This document shows, one piece after another, positions 51,101 through 63,676 of a stretch of DNA of 64,000 nt. The translations under genes were made by a program, and so were the position numbers. Positions within the stretch are counted from its first letter, which is position 1. Every line of letters starts with the position of its first letter. The stretch is from Azolla caroliniana. Taxonomy: Eukaryota; Plantae; Polypodiophyta. The notes below the pieces were generated by a model. That model was not told the origin of the DNA, did no database searches, and saw only the letters and a list, made by a program, of their open reading frames with translations. Location: positions 7,750,001 to 7,814,000 of the forward strand of contig JBHGNT010000013.1 of the NCBI GenBank assembly GCA_043228905.1, written 5' to 3'.

Positions 51101-53604
51101 TTCTGTTAACCGATACAAAGCCCGGTTAGTGGCGAAGGGATACGCGCAGACCCACGGAATGGACTACGACGAGACCTTCGCTCCTGTGGCGAAGCTGACG
51201 ACGGTTCGTGTGGTACTGGCGGTTGCAGCGGCAAGGGGGTGGCATCTTCACCAGATGGATGTGAAGAATGCCTTCCTTCAAGGCGAGCTTGAAGAAGAAG
51301 TCTTTATGACTCAGCCCCCCGGATTTCAATCGGAGATGAACAAGTCGGCGGTATGCCAACTGAAGAAGTTGCTTTACAGCTTGAAGCAAGCCCCCCGAGC
51401 TTGGAACGCGAAGATCACGCACCGGTTGCGTAAGCTGGGGTTTGCTGTCTCTAAGTCAGACTCTTCGTTGTTCATCCGGCAAGGCTCTGACGGTCCGGTA
51501 TGTTTACTCTTGTATGTGGATGATTTAATCATCACCGGACCGGGTCTTCCCAAAATCAACCGCGTCAAGTCCCAGTTGTCGGACGCATTCGAAATGAAGG
51601 ACCTGGGGGACCTTCATTATTTTCTTGGGATCGAAATGATCCGGACCCCCGACGACATATTGCTCTCACAACGACATTACGTGTTGAATATGTTGTATAA
51701 GTTCGGCATGACGGATTGCCGACCTGTCTCCACACCCCTAGACCGGAACCAGAAGCTCCGTCCCAACTCCGGACCGGCCTGCAATGAGAAACGGTTCCGA
51801 CAGGTTGTCGGAAGCCTGATCTACTTAACCATCACCCGACCCGACATCAGCTATCCGGTCGGCATGGTAAGTCAGTTCATGCAGAAGCCGACCGTGGAGC
51901 ACCTTCAGTGCGCGCAACGAATATTACGGTATGTCAGCGGCACTAAGGACCGGGGACTGCTATACCGGCGAGGTATACCCGAAGAGCTTGTCGGTTACAT
52001 AGATGCTGACTGGGTCGGCGATGCGTCTGATCGCCACTCCACTTCCGGATACATGTTCTACATAGGTAGCGCGGCCGTTGCGTGGAGCAGCAAGAAGCAA
52101 CCCACAGTGGCTTTGTCAAGCACTGAGGCTGAGTACCGGGCCGCTACCGTTGCCACTTGTGAAGCCATCTGGCTTCAGCGACTGCTGCGAGACTTGCGGA
52201 TCGAGGTACTGACCCCGATCCCGATTTACTGCGATAACATGAGCAGCCTGTAGCTCGCCAGGAACCCTGTGTTCCATGCTCGCACAAAGCACATCGAGGT
52301 GCACTACCACTTCGTGCATGAGCGGGTCCTGAGCGGTGAAGTTGACCTACGGTATGTTCATACGGATCGGCAAGTTGCCGACATCTTCACCAAGCCACTC
52401 GGGTCGGCCAAGTTGCAGCACTTTACCGACATGCTTGGTATTCAGCATCTCGACGTGCCGCACTTGAGGGGGAGAAGCAAGGGCAAAGTCTCTACCGAAA
52501 CGGGCAAAGGCCAAAAAATTGTTGAACCCGTCGGTAAGAGGAGAGCCGGAAGAAGAGGAGCCAAGAAGATGAAGGAAGTCGAGTTGACGAAGGAAGTCGA
52601 CACATCCGAACAGGTCGGAGCAAGCGGCTGTGAAGAAGAGTTGTGCACTCATGAAGAGAAGTGCATGCTGTGCGGAGGTCATCACGACGGTACTGACCAT
52701 GATGCGGAGTTGAATGAAGAATTCGATTTCGGTTCACCAGCTGAAGAAGCCGAGGGAAGCATGGAGAAGGCCCAGACTCGGAAGTGGTCCGATGTGGTGA
52801 GAGGCCTGAAGCCGGAAGTCGAATCGGAGTGTACCGATTCGGACAAGAGCTGGAACGAGTCGGAGACAGCTGACTCGGATCAACAGATGGATCCGGATGA
52901 GTCGGATCGACTGAAGGCCAAGGGGACACGGACACAGCGGAAAAGTCGATGCCATCGTGGGAGAACCAACGGATCGGCAAGCGCCGGAGTCACAACAACG
53001 TGAGTGCTGAGATGGGCCTATTGAGTAGACATGCCGACCGAGAGGGTCGAGGCGCGCAGAACCAAAGGGGTCGCGGCAAACGGGACTGGACCGGACGAGG
53101 AGCGCGAGCAAGGCAGAGTGACGCCAGGAGAAGTCGGTTGGAAGAACCGATTGCCACAGAGGTAGACACTACGACCCCACCTCAGGTTGAGCTTGAGGGG
53201 GAGTGTTGAGCGGCAAGCTCAACTGGAGCCGGATCGGTTGAATAAGCCGGAGCCGGTAAGCGAGACGGATCGGGCGAAACGGATCGGTATGACGGTGAGC
53301 AACCGAACCGGCAAGCAGTGGAGGCTGGGTGCAATCCGTAACCGGAAGTCCAATCGGAAGCCAAGTATAGGATAGACTACTGGGTAGCTATAGTCTCGTA
53401 GTAATTGTCAGATGCTCGTGTGAGCATTGAAGTACATGGTACTTCTGTCAGTCCCAAGAGGACTTGTATAAATAGTGCTACTTAGCACAGTGTGTATACA
53501 GAGTCTTAAAATAATTTTGAAATTGTGTTCTGCTCTCTCTGTCTCTGTCTCTCTCTCTCTGTGTTGTTCTCTGTTTTACGCTTCCGCAAACACTTACGTT
53601 CACA
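47718..53604 (+). mobile_element. Full-length young Ty1/copia element (Bryco/RLC5-like by gag resemblance)
   Basis: LTRs 47718-48148 and 53204-53604 differ by a few substitutions and in (CT)n length. TSD GTATA; Met PBS 48149-48160; PPT GAGGGGGAG. The lineage call is from memory of the gag sequence and is unverified. Confidence 0.93.
48243..53209 (+). pseudogene. Copia gag-pol with several stops and frameshifts and a long charged extension after RNase H
   Basis: KLDRSNYASWSYKMH*YLLGHGYWSY; CWYCGKKSHREGEC; WYVDSSASNHM; IHSDVWGP; SDGGKEY; YVDDLI; KHIEVHYHFV; the reading frame stays open for about 175 codons past the RNase H end. Confidence 0.88.
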
Positions 53605-54494
53605 GTATATAGAGTTACAACTACAGAGATGGGATATATGAAAACAAAACTTCTATTACATATGAGAGTAGATCACAATGGTAGTTTTACCATGCACTCA
53701 TACCAGCTCACTACAAAATTAGTGGGGACTGATAATCAACCCAAGCACTGTGAAAAGAAAGTGGATTGCTTTCTATGTTTGGTCTAAGTATAACATAAAA
53801 TGTGCATGTCAGTTGATAGTAGTGGAGATATTCCTTTTTTGTCAACTGACTTTTCATTTAATATGACCAACTCCCTAGGTACAGGCTAGTGCTAGATAGT
53901 ACTTATCTTGAAGTCAATGACGCATACTTCAAGACTAAGTACATCGTAAGTTGCCCATAAAATATTCTAGTTGACTTGATTAGCCAATCCTATTACCTAT
54001 TTCTCTCTTTCCTAAATACATTGTGTAGATTAACACCTTATCGACCCATATGGTCGAGTTGCACACTAGTTGCTCCTCATTTGGGGCGCTATCACAAAAT
54101 GTGCATTCGAAGAGCACATATGGGGATAGATTTACAACTTGGGGCTAATCATTGATTATATCTATCAGATTCTTCTTGACATCTGGCACGTACAACACTT
54201 GAGAGAGATTCTTTGTCCCGACGGTCATTGCTTTGAGGGAGACGGTTCTGGTTCCTTTGGTTGGACATCGAGCATTGTTCACGACCACAACATTGATGAG
54301 TTGTACCAGTCACAATTACTGGTCATATGTCGGGATGCTCCACTATCGAGAATCCAAGAGTCGTCGACAACTTGAGTGTCAATTGAAGAACACACTTCTT
54401 CAGTTGCGACCCATAACTCAAGCTCATCTACGACATTGTTGGCGGACTCGAGATCTCTCCAAGAAGTCTTACTAAAACCATTCTTCTCATCCGT

Positions 54495-56830
54495 TGTCAT
54501 GAAGATCCGTCACTACGTGCGGATTGTGAGGCGAAACTGTCGGGGTTTTGGACCGGAAGGACTCAGAGTTTACACTAGCTTTAGCGAGAAAGTATTTAAG
54601 ATAGATTGAGAGAGATTGATATGGAGAAAGAGAGAGATCGAGATAAAGATTAAACGCTTAACTTTAGATTTGAGAGACAAGATATATCAACAATAGGATA
54701 ACAAATTTCTTATTTTTCCCAAATTCTTCACTAAGTCCTTTCTTGCTTGATTCCTCCACTCTTTTATAGATGCCCCCAGGGATATGGTGCATGTGAGGGT
54801 GCAAGACATGCATGTCATGCATGAAATGCATGCAATGCATGTTTGCCATGTCATCATCTAACCTCTCATGTATGAGAATTTATATGTAAAACGATCAAAT
54901 TAAGACTTTTGAAGATATGACTTGGCTTAGTGGTAAGCCTATTGACTTTCAACTTGGAGGTGCAAGGTTCAAATTCTTACTTGCACCCCTTTGTATACAA
55001 ATTTTCTTTTTACTAGGCTTTTTAGTCTTGTTTTTACAAATGTTTATGTGCATATTACACCTTCACTTGACCTCCAAAGAACTAGAAGATTTTGTTCGTT
55101 TCACATAAGACATCGTGCGTCACGATAAATCTACCCGTCCGGTCCATCCGGTCCGGTCCCATCTGTTCGATTCGGCGCGGTCCACATGCCATCCGGTTCC
55201 TTCCGGTCCGCAACCTCAGCTGGTTCCGTGTGGTCTGCATTCCGATCCGGTTCCGTAGCTGTCCGGTCGCCATCTGGTTCCGGTTCCGTCGTCATCTGGT
55301 CACCATCCGGTTCCATCGGCGGTTTCGTCGCCGTCCACCCGCCGGTCTGGATTCGTCCAAAACCAATGAACTTGGCTACATCCATTTGTCAAGTCATACA
55401 ACTCAACCTTTCTATGCTCCAAACACATAGATATCTTATGAAGAGATATTGGTTTGCTTATATACTCTGGGATCCTTATTTGTCTTGTCTATGTGGGATA
55501 TCTCACAGTTTTGTTTTTCTCTTCTTCTTCGCAATCTTCATACCCACATAACTTGACACTTAGTTGTCTGTTTCTTATGTAGTAAAGTGCATTCGAAAGC
55601 TCTTAAAGACCTCCATCTTTTCATACCAAGATATTAAACTTATTTAGAATAGCATCTTCACTATTATTGTTTCATATATTGTGAGAAGAACCACACTCGA
55701 TTTTGTATGTTCCTCACAATTTACACACTATCACTGAAAATCTTCACGACATCCACCCCCACCAAACCGCACATCCTCCGGTATGTGCCAAGAGGAGAGA
55801 GTGTGAGATTTTGGCTATGGTGATCAATTAGATTCCTCCATGTCCTTAGTCACATAACTCAAGTCTGTAGGTTCAGTCCTACTAGCTTCATTGTTGGGGT
55901 GGTCGAGGTCAGGATCCTCATCTTGTCTTTTCTTGAAAATCTTTACTCTTTTTCCCACAATGGACACGTCCAACCTTGATCCGTCTAGCTCCGCAAGGTG
56001 GTATGTGGCATTGTCATTGGCACTTTTCACCACATACGGTCTGAACCATCTTCTTGGGAACTTCCTTGTTGTCTTGTATTGATTATCAAGGCAGTTGTCA
56101 TAGTCCAATACCCAATCTCCTTCTTCGATCTTCTTGGGACGCAGTCGATGCGTCTTCTCGAACCGAATTTTGTTCTTCACTCAGGTTGCCTCCATCATCT
56201 TTCGTGCTTTTTCTAGATCTTCAGGTCTCCTTTCAAGTTGCCTTATCCGTGCTGCTAATAATTCTTCTCGACTCATCTCGTTCTCCCATGGTATTGCTAC
56301 CCATGAGGCGATTGTCCTTTCCATGGGTATTATTGGCGTATGTCCATACATAAGCTCTGTTGGCATATACCCTGTCACTGAACTGTGTGTAGTTCTGTCG
56401 GCCCACAAGGCATAGGGCAATAGTCGTGGCCAGTTCCCGACTCGACCGTTGCATGCTCGTACGATGGCTTCGACGATCGGTCCATGCCCTCGCTCGATCT
56501 TCCCATTTGCTTCTAGATTGTAGGCAGTTGTGAGGGAGAGGTTCACGCCTAGTCGATTGAAGAGCTCTGTTGCTTCGCGTGCATCCAACTCCCCTCAATC
56601 AGCCACTATCTTTCCCACATATCCGTATCGGAAGACAACCTCTTCGAGTAGAAATTTGCAAACAGCTGACATCGTCTTATTTGCCAAGGCCCGTCCTTCT
56701 AGTTGATTTGTCAGGTATTCTCTTGCCAATACTAAGTACTTCATTTGTCCCACTCCCATTGGCATCGAGACCAGATCCACCATCCTTTTGAAGTGTATGG
56801 TGAGCGGGTATGTCGGTCGTAACTCAGCTC
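54495..56830 (-). mobile_element. 3' part of a gypsy element of the same lineage as 18187-26719 (integrase and 3' LTR ~54495-55751)
   Basis: Integrase MVDLVSMP..YLVLARE..EGRAL, NGKIERGHGP, RRWFRPY. PPT (rc TCCACCCCC) at 55752. The LTR begins TGTCGTGAAG on the minus strand. Confidence 0.75.
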
Positions 56831-57680
56831 TTGTCGGAGCCAAATGTTGTTCAACTCTTGCCGGAGCTACAATTTACGGGCTATGGTACTTGCGGCGAAA
56901 ATCTTCCATAGATTTTCCTAGGCCTCCTTTGGCATTTTTGCATCCTTGATGTAGCTGAGCATCTGATCATGCACACCAGACGCGAGGCAATACAATACTC
57001 GGCTCGATCCTTGCTCCCATGCCGGGAAGTCTTTGTGTGCCAGCTCCAGTGCTACCTCGTTGGTTCATTCTACATAGCTCCAATATCCATGACCCGACAG
57101 GTATTGGTGCATTTTATATGATCAGGATGCATAGTTACTCTGGTCGAGCTTTTCTGTGGGAAGCGAACTTGCCATACCTATGTCCATTTCGGTTCTCTAC
57201 TGTACTTCACCGGGTGTTAGGGTTTTTCTTCGAAAGCGTCTGTCGGCTACAGAGGAGGCTCAACCCTCGTACTCTGATACCATGTAAAAGTTAGCGTGTG
57301 GAAGCTTGACAAAACCGGTTTAGTCGAGCAGCAACAGAGAATAGAAAACACAGGTTCAATGGAAGCTTGAGAATTTAGCATACACGGGAGAGACAGAGAG
57401 AGAGCAGAACATAAAACTCTATTTCTAAAATAATAATGCTCTATGTGTACATAGAATGTGCTCAGAGAGAACTTTTATACAAGTCCATAAAGGATTGACA
57501 AAAGTACAGACAGGTACTTCAATGCTCATACGAGCGACTGACATTGACTCCCAAAAATATGCCAACGTACTAGGCTAGATCTGTAGGCTTCTAACGGCCT
57601 ACCGGTTTCAATCTGATCCGGTTCCTAGTTCCAGATATCATCCTGACACCGACCCAGATATTTTCGGATGTAGAGCATGT
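56830..57680 (-). mobile_element. 5' end (LTR part, Met PBS, start of gag) of another Bryco-like copia
   Basis: rc PBS CTCTGATACCA at 57272-57282; LTR from 57283; gag ..QYLSGHGYWSYVE.. homologous to the gag of 47718-53604. Confidence 0.75.
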
Positions 57681-58534
57681 GTTGCTAACTGACGAGGGGG
57701 ATCCAGAAACCTTCGAAGAAGCAAAGAAAGACACCCACAACCGCAAGTGGTTAAGTGCCATGCAGGATGAGATGAATTCCCTGCATGAGAACCATACATA
57801 TGAGCTGACCGAGTTCCCAAAGGGAAAGAGAGCACTCCGGAACAAGTGGGTGTACAAGCTGAAACCAACGACTGACATTGACTCCCAAAAATATGCCGAC
57901 GTACTAGGCTAGATCTGTAGGCTTCTAACGGCCTACCGGTTTCAATCTGATCCGGTTCCTAGTTCCAGATATCATCCGGACACCGGCCCAGATATTTCCG
58001 GATGTAGAGCATGTGTTGCTAACCGACGAGGGGGATCCAAAAACCTTCGAAGAAGCAAAGAAAGACACCCACAACCGCAAGTGGTTAAGTGCCATGCTGG
58101 ATGAGATGAGTTCCCTGCATGAGAACCATACATATGAGCTGACCGAGTTCCCAAAGGGAAAGAGAGCACTCCGGAACAAGTGGGTGTACAAGCTGAAACC
58201 AGCGACTGACATTGACTCCCAAAAATATGCCTACGTACTAGGCTAGATCTGTAGGCTTCTAACGGCCTACCGGTTTCAATCTGATCCGGTTCCTCGTTCC
58301 AGATATCATCTGGACACCGACCTAGATATTTCCGGATGTAGAGCATGTGTTGCTAACCGACGAGGGGGATCCAGAAACCTTCAAAGAAGTAAAGAAAGAC
58401 ACCCACAACCGCAAGTGGTTAAGTTCCATGCATGATGAGATGAATTCCCTGCATGAGAACCATACATATGAGTTGACCAAGTTCCCAAAGGGAAAGAGAG
58501 CGCTCCGGAACAAGTGGGTGTACAAGCTGAAACC
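57533..58534. repeat. Tandem triplication of a 334-bp chimeric unit (LTR piece plus RT piece)
   Basis: Units start at 57533, 57867 and 58201. The ORF track repeats at 57679/58013/58347. Confidence 0.92.
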
Positions 58535-59465
58535 AGAAGATGTTGGAAATTCACCGAGGTACAAAGCCTGAATCGTGGTGAAGGGGTTTCAACAGAAGAA
58601 AGGAGTGGATTTCGATGAGATCTTCGCCCTGATAGTAAATATGACATCCATCCAGATTGTGTAATTCATAATAGTGGCAAGCATGGACCTCGACGTAGAG
58701 CAACTAGACATTAAGACGACATTCCTACATGGTGACCTCGAAGAAGAGATCTACATGCAATAACCAGGGGGATTCGTCAAGAATGGGAAGGAGAACTTGG
58801 TATGTTGATTGAAGAAGAGCTTATACGGACTGAAGCAAGCTCCTCGGCATTGGTATCGGAAGTTCGACTCCTTCATGACCGACCAAGGATACCACAAGAC
58901 GCAGGCCGACCACTGTGTATTTGTGAACAAGTTCGACCAAGGAGATTTCCTAATACTCCTATTGTATGTGGATGCCATGGTCATCGTTGGACCGGACCAG
59001 ATCAAAATCGAAAATCTGAAGAAGGCCTTGAACCAAACCTTCTCAATGAAAGATCCGGGTCTGGCGAGACAGATATTGGGGATGCACATAGTCCGGAACC
59101 GGACGAAGAAGCTATTGTGGTTGTCACAAGAAAAGTATGTGACAAAGGTGCTCCAACGATTCAGCATGTCAGATGTTAACCCGGTCGGGTCGACACTTCC
59201 GGCAAACTACAAGCTGTCTAGGAAGTATAGCCTGAAAACAAAGGCAGAGAAGTCACAGATGATGAAGATACCGTACGCTTCTATTGTTGAAAGCTTGATG
59301 TACGCAATGGTGTGTACCCGACCGGATATAGGATATGTTGTTGGAGTGGTCAGTCGGTTCATGAGCAATCCAGGAAGAGAACACTAGACCGCGGACAAGT
59401 GGATACTTCGGTACTTGAAAGGCAACTCGAGTATGTGTCTCAGAGTTGGCTTAGGTAAACCCCAA
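58347..59465 (+). mobile_element. Copia RT fragment (same family as 17278-17880)
   Basis: GKRALRNKWVYKLK, KKSLYGLKQAPRHWY, LLYVDAM, MYAMVCTRPDI. Confidence 0.85.
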
Positions 59466-61481
59466 CACATCTCGGGTACTTCATCGAGGAAGAAGGCCGA
59501 GTTATTGCGCAAGGGCGTAGAGACGGGAGGATGTTTATCCTCGACTCTAGTGACGGTGGCACTGCAATGTTCGCGAAAGGACAAAAAGTCGAGTCGGATA
59601 TCGACTTATGGCACAAGCTGATAGGCCACATCAACTATGAACGGCTTCAGGACTTGCAATTGAAACATGTGGTATTCGGATTGCCCAAATTTAGTAGCTG
59701 GAAGACACAAATTTGTGAAGCTTGCCAACTAGGGAAGCAACACCGACTTCCTTTCCACAACGAGCATAACCGGAGCCGGAACAAGCTCGACTTGATACAT
59801 TCCGATGTATGGGGACCGTCACAGAATGTTAGTCTTGGTGAGAGTCGATATTTTGATTCCTTCATCGACGACTATATGCGACACACGTGGATCTACCTCA
59901 TTGAGAAGAGGAGTGAAGTCTTTGACTGTTTCCGGGAGCTCAAGAGTTTCGTCGAAAGGGAAATAGGAAGATAGATCAAGTGCCTACGGTTGGATGGCGG
60001 AAAAGAGTACTTTTCCGGTCAATTCAACGGGTATCTACAACAGATGGGAATTCGACGCGAATTTAGTTGCAGATATATGCCGGAGCAAAACGGCGTGGCC
60101 GAAAGAAAAAATCGGTCGGTTGTGGAAGCGGTGCGGGCAATGCTAGAGGAAAAGAGCTTGCCCAAGTTCTATTGGGCCGAGGTAGTTCGGACCGCGGTCT
60201 ACATCCAGAACCGGATCGGAGAAAAAGTGTCGGCGCATGAGCTATACTTTGGAACGAAGCCAAATTTGCAACACTGAAGAGTTTTCGGTAGCATTGTGTA
60301 TGTGCATGTACCGAAGGAGAAGCGGAGGAAACTGGACGCGAAAGCCAGGAAGTGTATCTTGGTCAGCTATCCAAACAATCAGAAAGGTTATAAGTGTTAT
60401 AACCCACGCACCAAACAAGCGCGTGTGAGCCACGACGTTGTGTTTGATGAGTCTGTGTCTTGGTACTTGCCACCAACTCTGGACCTCACCTCATCCGAGT
60501 TCTGACGATGAGATCAGCGAGGCCGAGATGCCTCCGGGTGAGCCTGAAATCGGGACCCGTGAAGAGAGTCCGATTTCGGTTTGGTTAAGCGGACCGAATG
60601 GACGACTAAGTCGGTTCGACCAGTCCGTTGAAGAGCCGACGAGTAGTGGAGACTCGGTTGTGCATTCCCCACGCAAGAAGCCGAGGAGACGGCTTACGCA
60701 CAAGGAAAAAGGGAAGAAGAAGGTGTCAGATTACGACACAGATAGGAACGAGTCGGATCGACGCGAGTCCGACTCCGAGGGAAGTGATGATGGGTCTTCG
60801 AGAGCAAAGTCTGTGTCAGCTAAGAAAGCCTCCACATTGGTTAATGAGCAATTACGCCGATCTACCCGCCAAAAGAACCCTGTTGTGCAATTTGGTTACA
60901 ATGAGTACATGGCGCATCACTATGCGTACATGACGCGTGGAGCGGAAGTGCGTGAGCCGGAGAGCTACGCAGAAGCGGCGAAAGACGCGAATTGGTGTGC
61001 CGCGATGGAGGAAGAGATGCACGCATTGGCTGAAAATGAAACATGGGACCTAGTTGATGCACCGAAAGGTGTGAAGCCGATCGGATGTAGGTGGGTGTAC
61101 AAGGTCAAGTACAACATTGACGGCTCGGTCAATCGATACAAGGCCTGGTTAGTAGCAAAAGGTTACACGCAGCAACATGGCATCGACTACGATGAGACGT
61201 TTGCACCAGTCGCAAAGATGACGACCGTCCGTGTTTTGCTCACGGTAACTGCGGCAAAGGGGCGGCACTTACATCAAATGGATATAAAGAATGTGTTCCT
61301 GCAAGGTGAGCTTGAGGAACATGTGTACATGGTACAACCTCCTGGATTTCACTTCGGAACGAACACTTCGGCCGTGTGCCGATTGAAGAAGTCCCTTTAC
61401 GGACTAAAGCAAGCCCCGTGTCGGATGGGTTTTGCGACGTCAAAATCAGACTCCTCACTGTTCATCCAGAAAGGTCGACTT

Positions 61482-61745
61482 GGGCCGATTAGTATTTTAC
61501 TTTATGTTGATGACTTGGTCATCATCGGCGCCGACCTAAGTGAGATTGACTACGTGAAGCTCCAGCTTGCGGCATCATTCAACATGAAGGATCTCGACCT
61601 TCATTACTTCCTCGGGCCGGTTAGTATTTTACTTTATGTTGATGACTTGGTCATCATCGGCGCTGACCTAAGTGAGATTGACTACGTGAAGCTCCAACTT
61701 GCGACATCATTCAACATGAAGGATCTCGACCTTCATTACTTCCTC
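61482..61745 (+). repeat. 132-bp in-frame tandem duplication of the RT YVDD region
   Basis: GP(I/V)SILLYVDDLVIIGADLSEIDYVKLQLA(A/T)SFNMKDLDLHYFL occurs twice (from 61482 and from 61614). Confidence 0.92.
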
Positions 61746-63060
61746 GGGATCGAAGTGATCCGCACCCTCGAAGGCATACTAATCAGCCAATGGCATTACA
61801 TGCTGAGTATGCTCTTCAAATTCGGAATGGCCGACTATAAGTCCGTCTCGACTTCTCTGGATAGAACCATCAAGCTTCGCCCTGATTCCGGAAAGGTATG
61901 CGACCCGAAGAGGTTCTGACAGATAGTCGGAAGCCTTGTATACTTGACCATCACCCGACCAAATCTCAACTACCTGGTCAGGGTGGTTAGTCAGTTCATG
62001 GCGCGACCTACCGAGGATCATCTTCAGTGTGTGCAACGCGTACTGCGGTATGTAAGCGGCACTAAGGACCGGGGGCTACTATATCGGTCCGGTACAGCCC
62101 CGTAGTTGGTCGGCTACACCGATGCCGACTGGGCTGGCAACGTCACTGATCGCCGATCCACGTCCGATTTCGCATTCTCTCTTGGGAGTTCCGTGATCGC
62201 ATGGAGTAGCAAGAAACAACCGATAGTTGTGTTGTCGAGCACCGAAGCCGAGTATAGAGGAGCGGTTGTCGCGATATAAGAAGCCATATGGTTGAAGCGG
62301 CTACTTAAGGATCTGCAGGTGGAGGTATCTGATCCAACGACAATCTACTGTGACAACCTCAACGGCATCGAACTAGCAAAGAACCCCGTCTTCCACGCCC
62401 GGACTAAGCACATTGAGGTGCACTACCAATTTTTCCGCGAGCGTGTACTCTCCGGTGAAGTCGAACTTCAATATGTTCTGACTGATCGACAGACCGCCGA
62501 CATCTTCACCAAGCCTCTTGGTCTAGACAAGTTGCGGCAATTCTCGGGTGCGCTTGGGTTGCATCACCTCGACGTGCCGAACTTGAGGGAGAGATTTCCC
62601 GAATGATCACGGAAGGGGGAGAGAAGTTCCAGAAGACCGCGACGCCGAGTCGGATGACGAATTCGATTTCGGATCGGCTGAAGAAGTCGAGGGCGGATCC
62701 GCGGAAGATTCCAAAAGCAAACATAAGAGGAGCAGTAAAAAGAAAGAGCCGCAAACAACCAAGGGTGGGGGAGATGAAGCCATCAATGGAGAGAAGACCG
62801 AAGACGAGTTGGAGACAACCAACTCGGACGAGAGTGAAAACCAATTGAAGGAAGCCGAGTCGGTTCGGATATTTGATTCGGATCCGCTGAATCAACCAAG
62901 GGCCAAGCAGAAGAGAAGGCAGCAGAAGAGGCGTCAGCACCGCAACAGCAAGGAAGCTGAGAAGGGCCGTGTGAGCAAACAAGCCGACCAGAAGGGTCGA
63001 GGAGCGCGATCAAGGCGTGAAGCCAGAAGGAACCGGAGCGTAGATCCGGAAGAGCAGATG

Positions 63061-63676
63061 TGATGATAGAGTGAAGATAGAAAGAAAAGATAAAGAAGAT
63101 ATATAAATCGAAAACTACAAAAGTCTATTGATCATGAAAGAAGGAATATATAGAAAGAAGATACAACTACAAGTATCTATTGAGAAGAACAACACTACAT
63201 AAATTGTAAAGAAATCACCACAAGAAAAAAGCCCTCCTCACCACCTCACTCTTCTTGCTTTATATGAAGTTCTCCTCTAGTAGATAAGTTTCGCTTGCTT
63301 TCTTTTCCACGCTTTTTTTAGAGCTTTTCCATCTCCTATTCTTAGCTATGACACAACGATCTTCTAATCGTCATATCTCCCTCAACCATGCTCCACATTT
63401 AGAGTTTTAAAAAGCTACGGATAGCTCTCGTCATAAGCTTTCTAACCCATATTTACACGTGATATTTGGGTGTCAAACGAGAGAGTTATGAGCGTTTGTT
63501 TCTGACTGCTTTTTGGTGGTCTACTTTTTCCTTCTTTTACTTTTCTCCATCTTTCTTGCTTTTTGTTTGACTTATACTTGAAACCTTAGCTCGTGTTCTT
63601 GGTCTTCGGGTGTGAATGCTCCATACCTTATATTTTTGTAGACTTCAATACCTTGAATTCTAAAAACACTTTCACA
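63061..63676. mobile_element. Solo LTR (616 bp) inserted just upstream of the PPT of the last copia
   Basis: TG..CA ends; TSD AGATG at 63056-63060 and 63677-63681. Confidence 0.8.

Larger units (their letters stand above)
47683..54167 (-). mobile_element. Solo LTR of the same family as the host's 3' LTR, itself split by a full copia
   Basis: TG..CA ends; TSD GATTC at 47678-47682 and 54168-54172; about 53915-54167 is homologous to 44529-44803. Confidence 0.85.
44529..54494 (-). mobile_element. Degraded copia (truncated 3' LTR 44529-44803, pol 44830-47682, protease 54173-54494) interrupted by a solo LTR
   Basis: PPT (rc CACCCCC) follows 44803. RNase H, RT (QLDVKSAFL, YVDDLV) and integrase pieces; WILDSGASRHMT. 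Removing 47683-54172 restores VPDVKKNLLSI. Confidence 0.85.
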
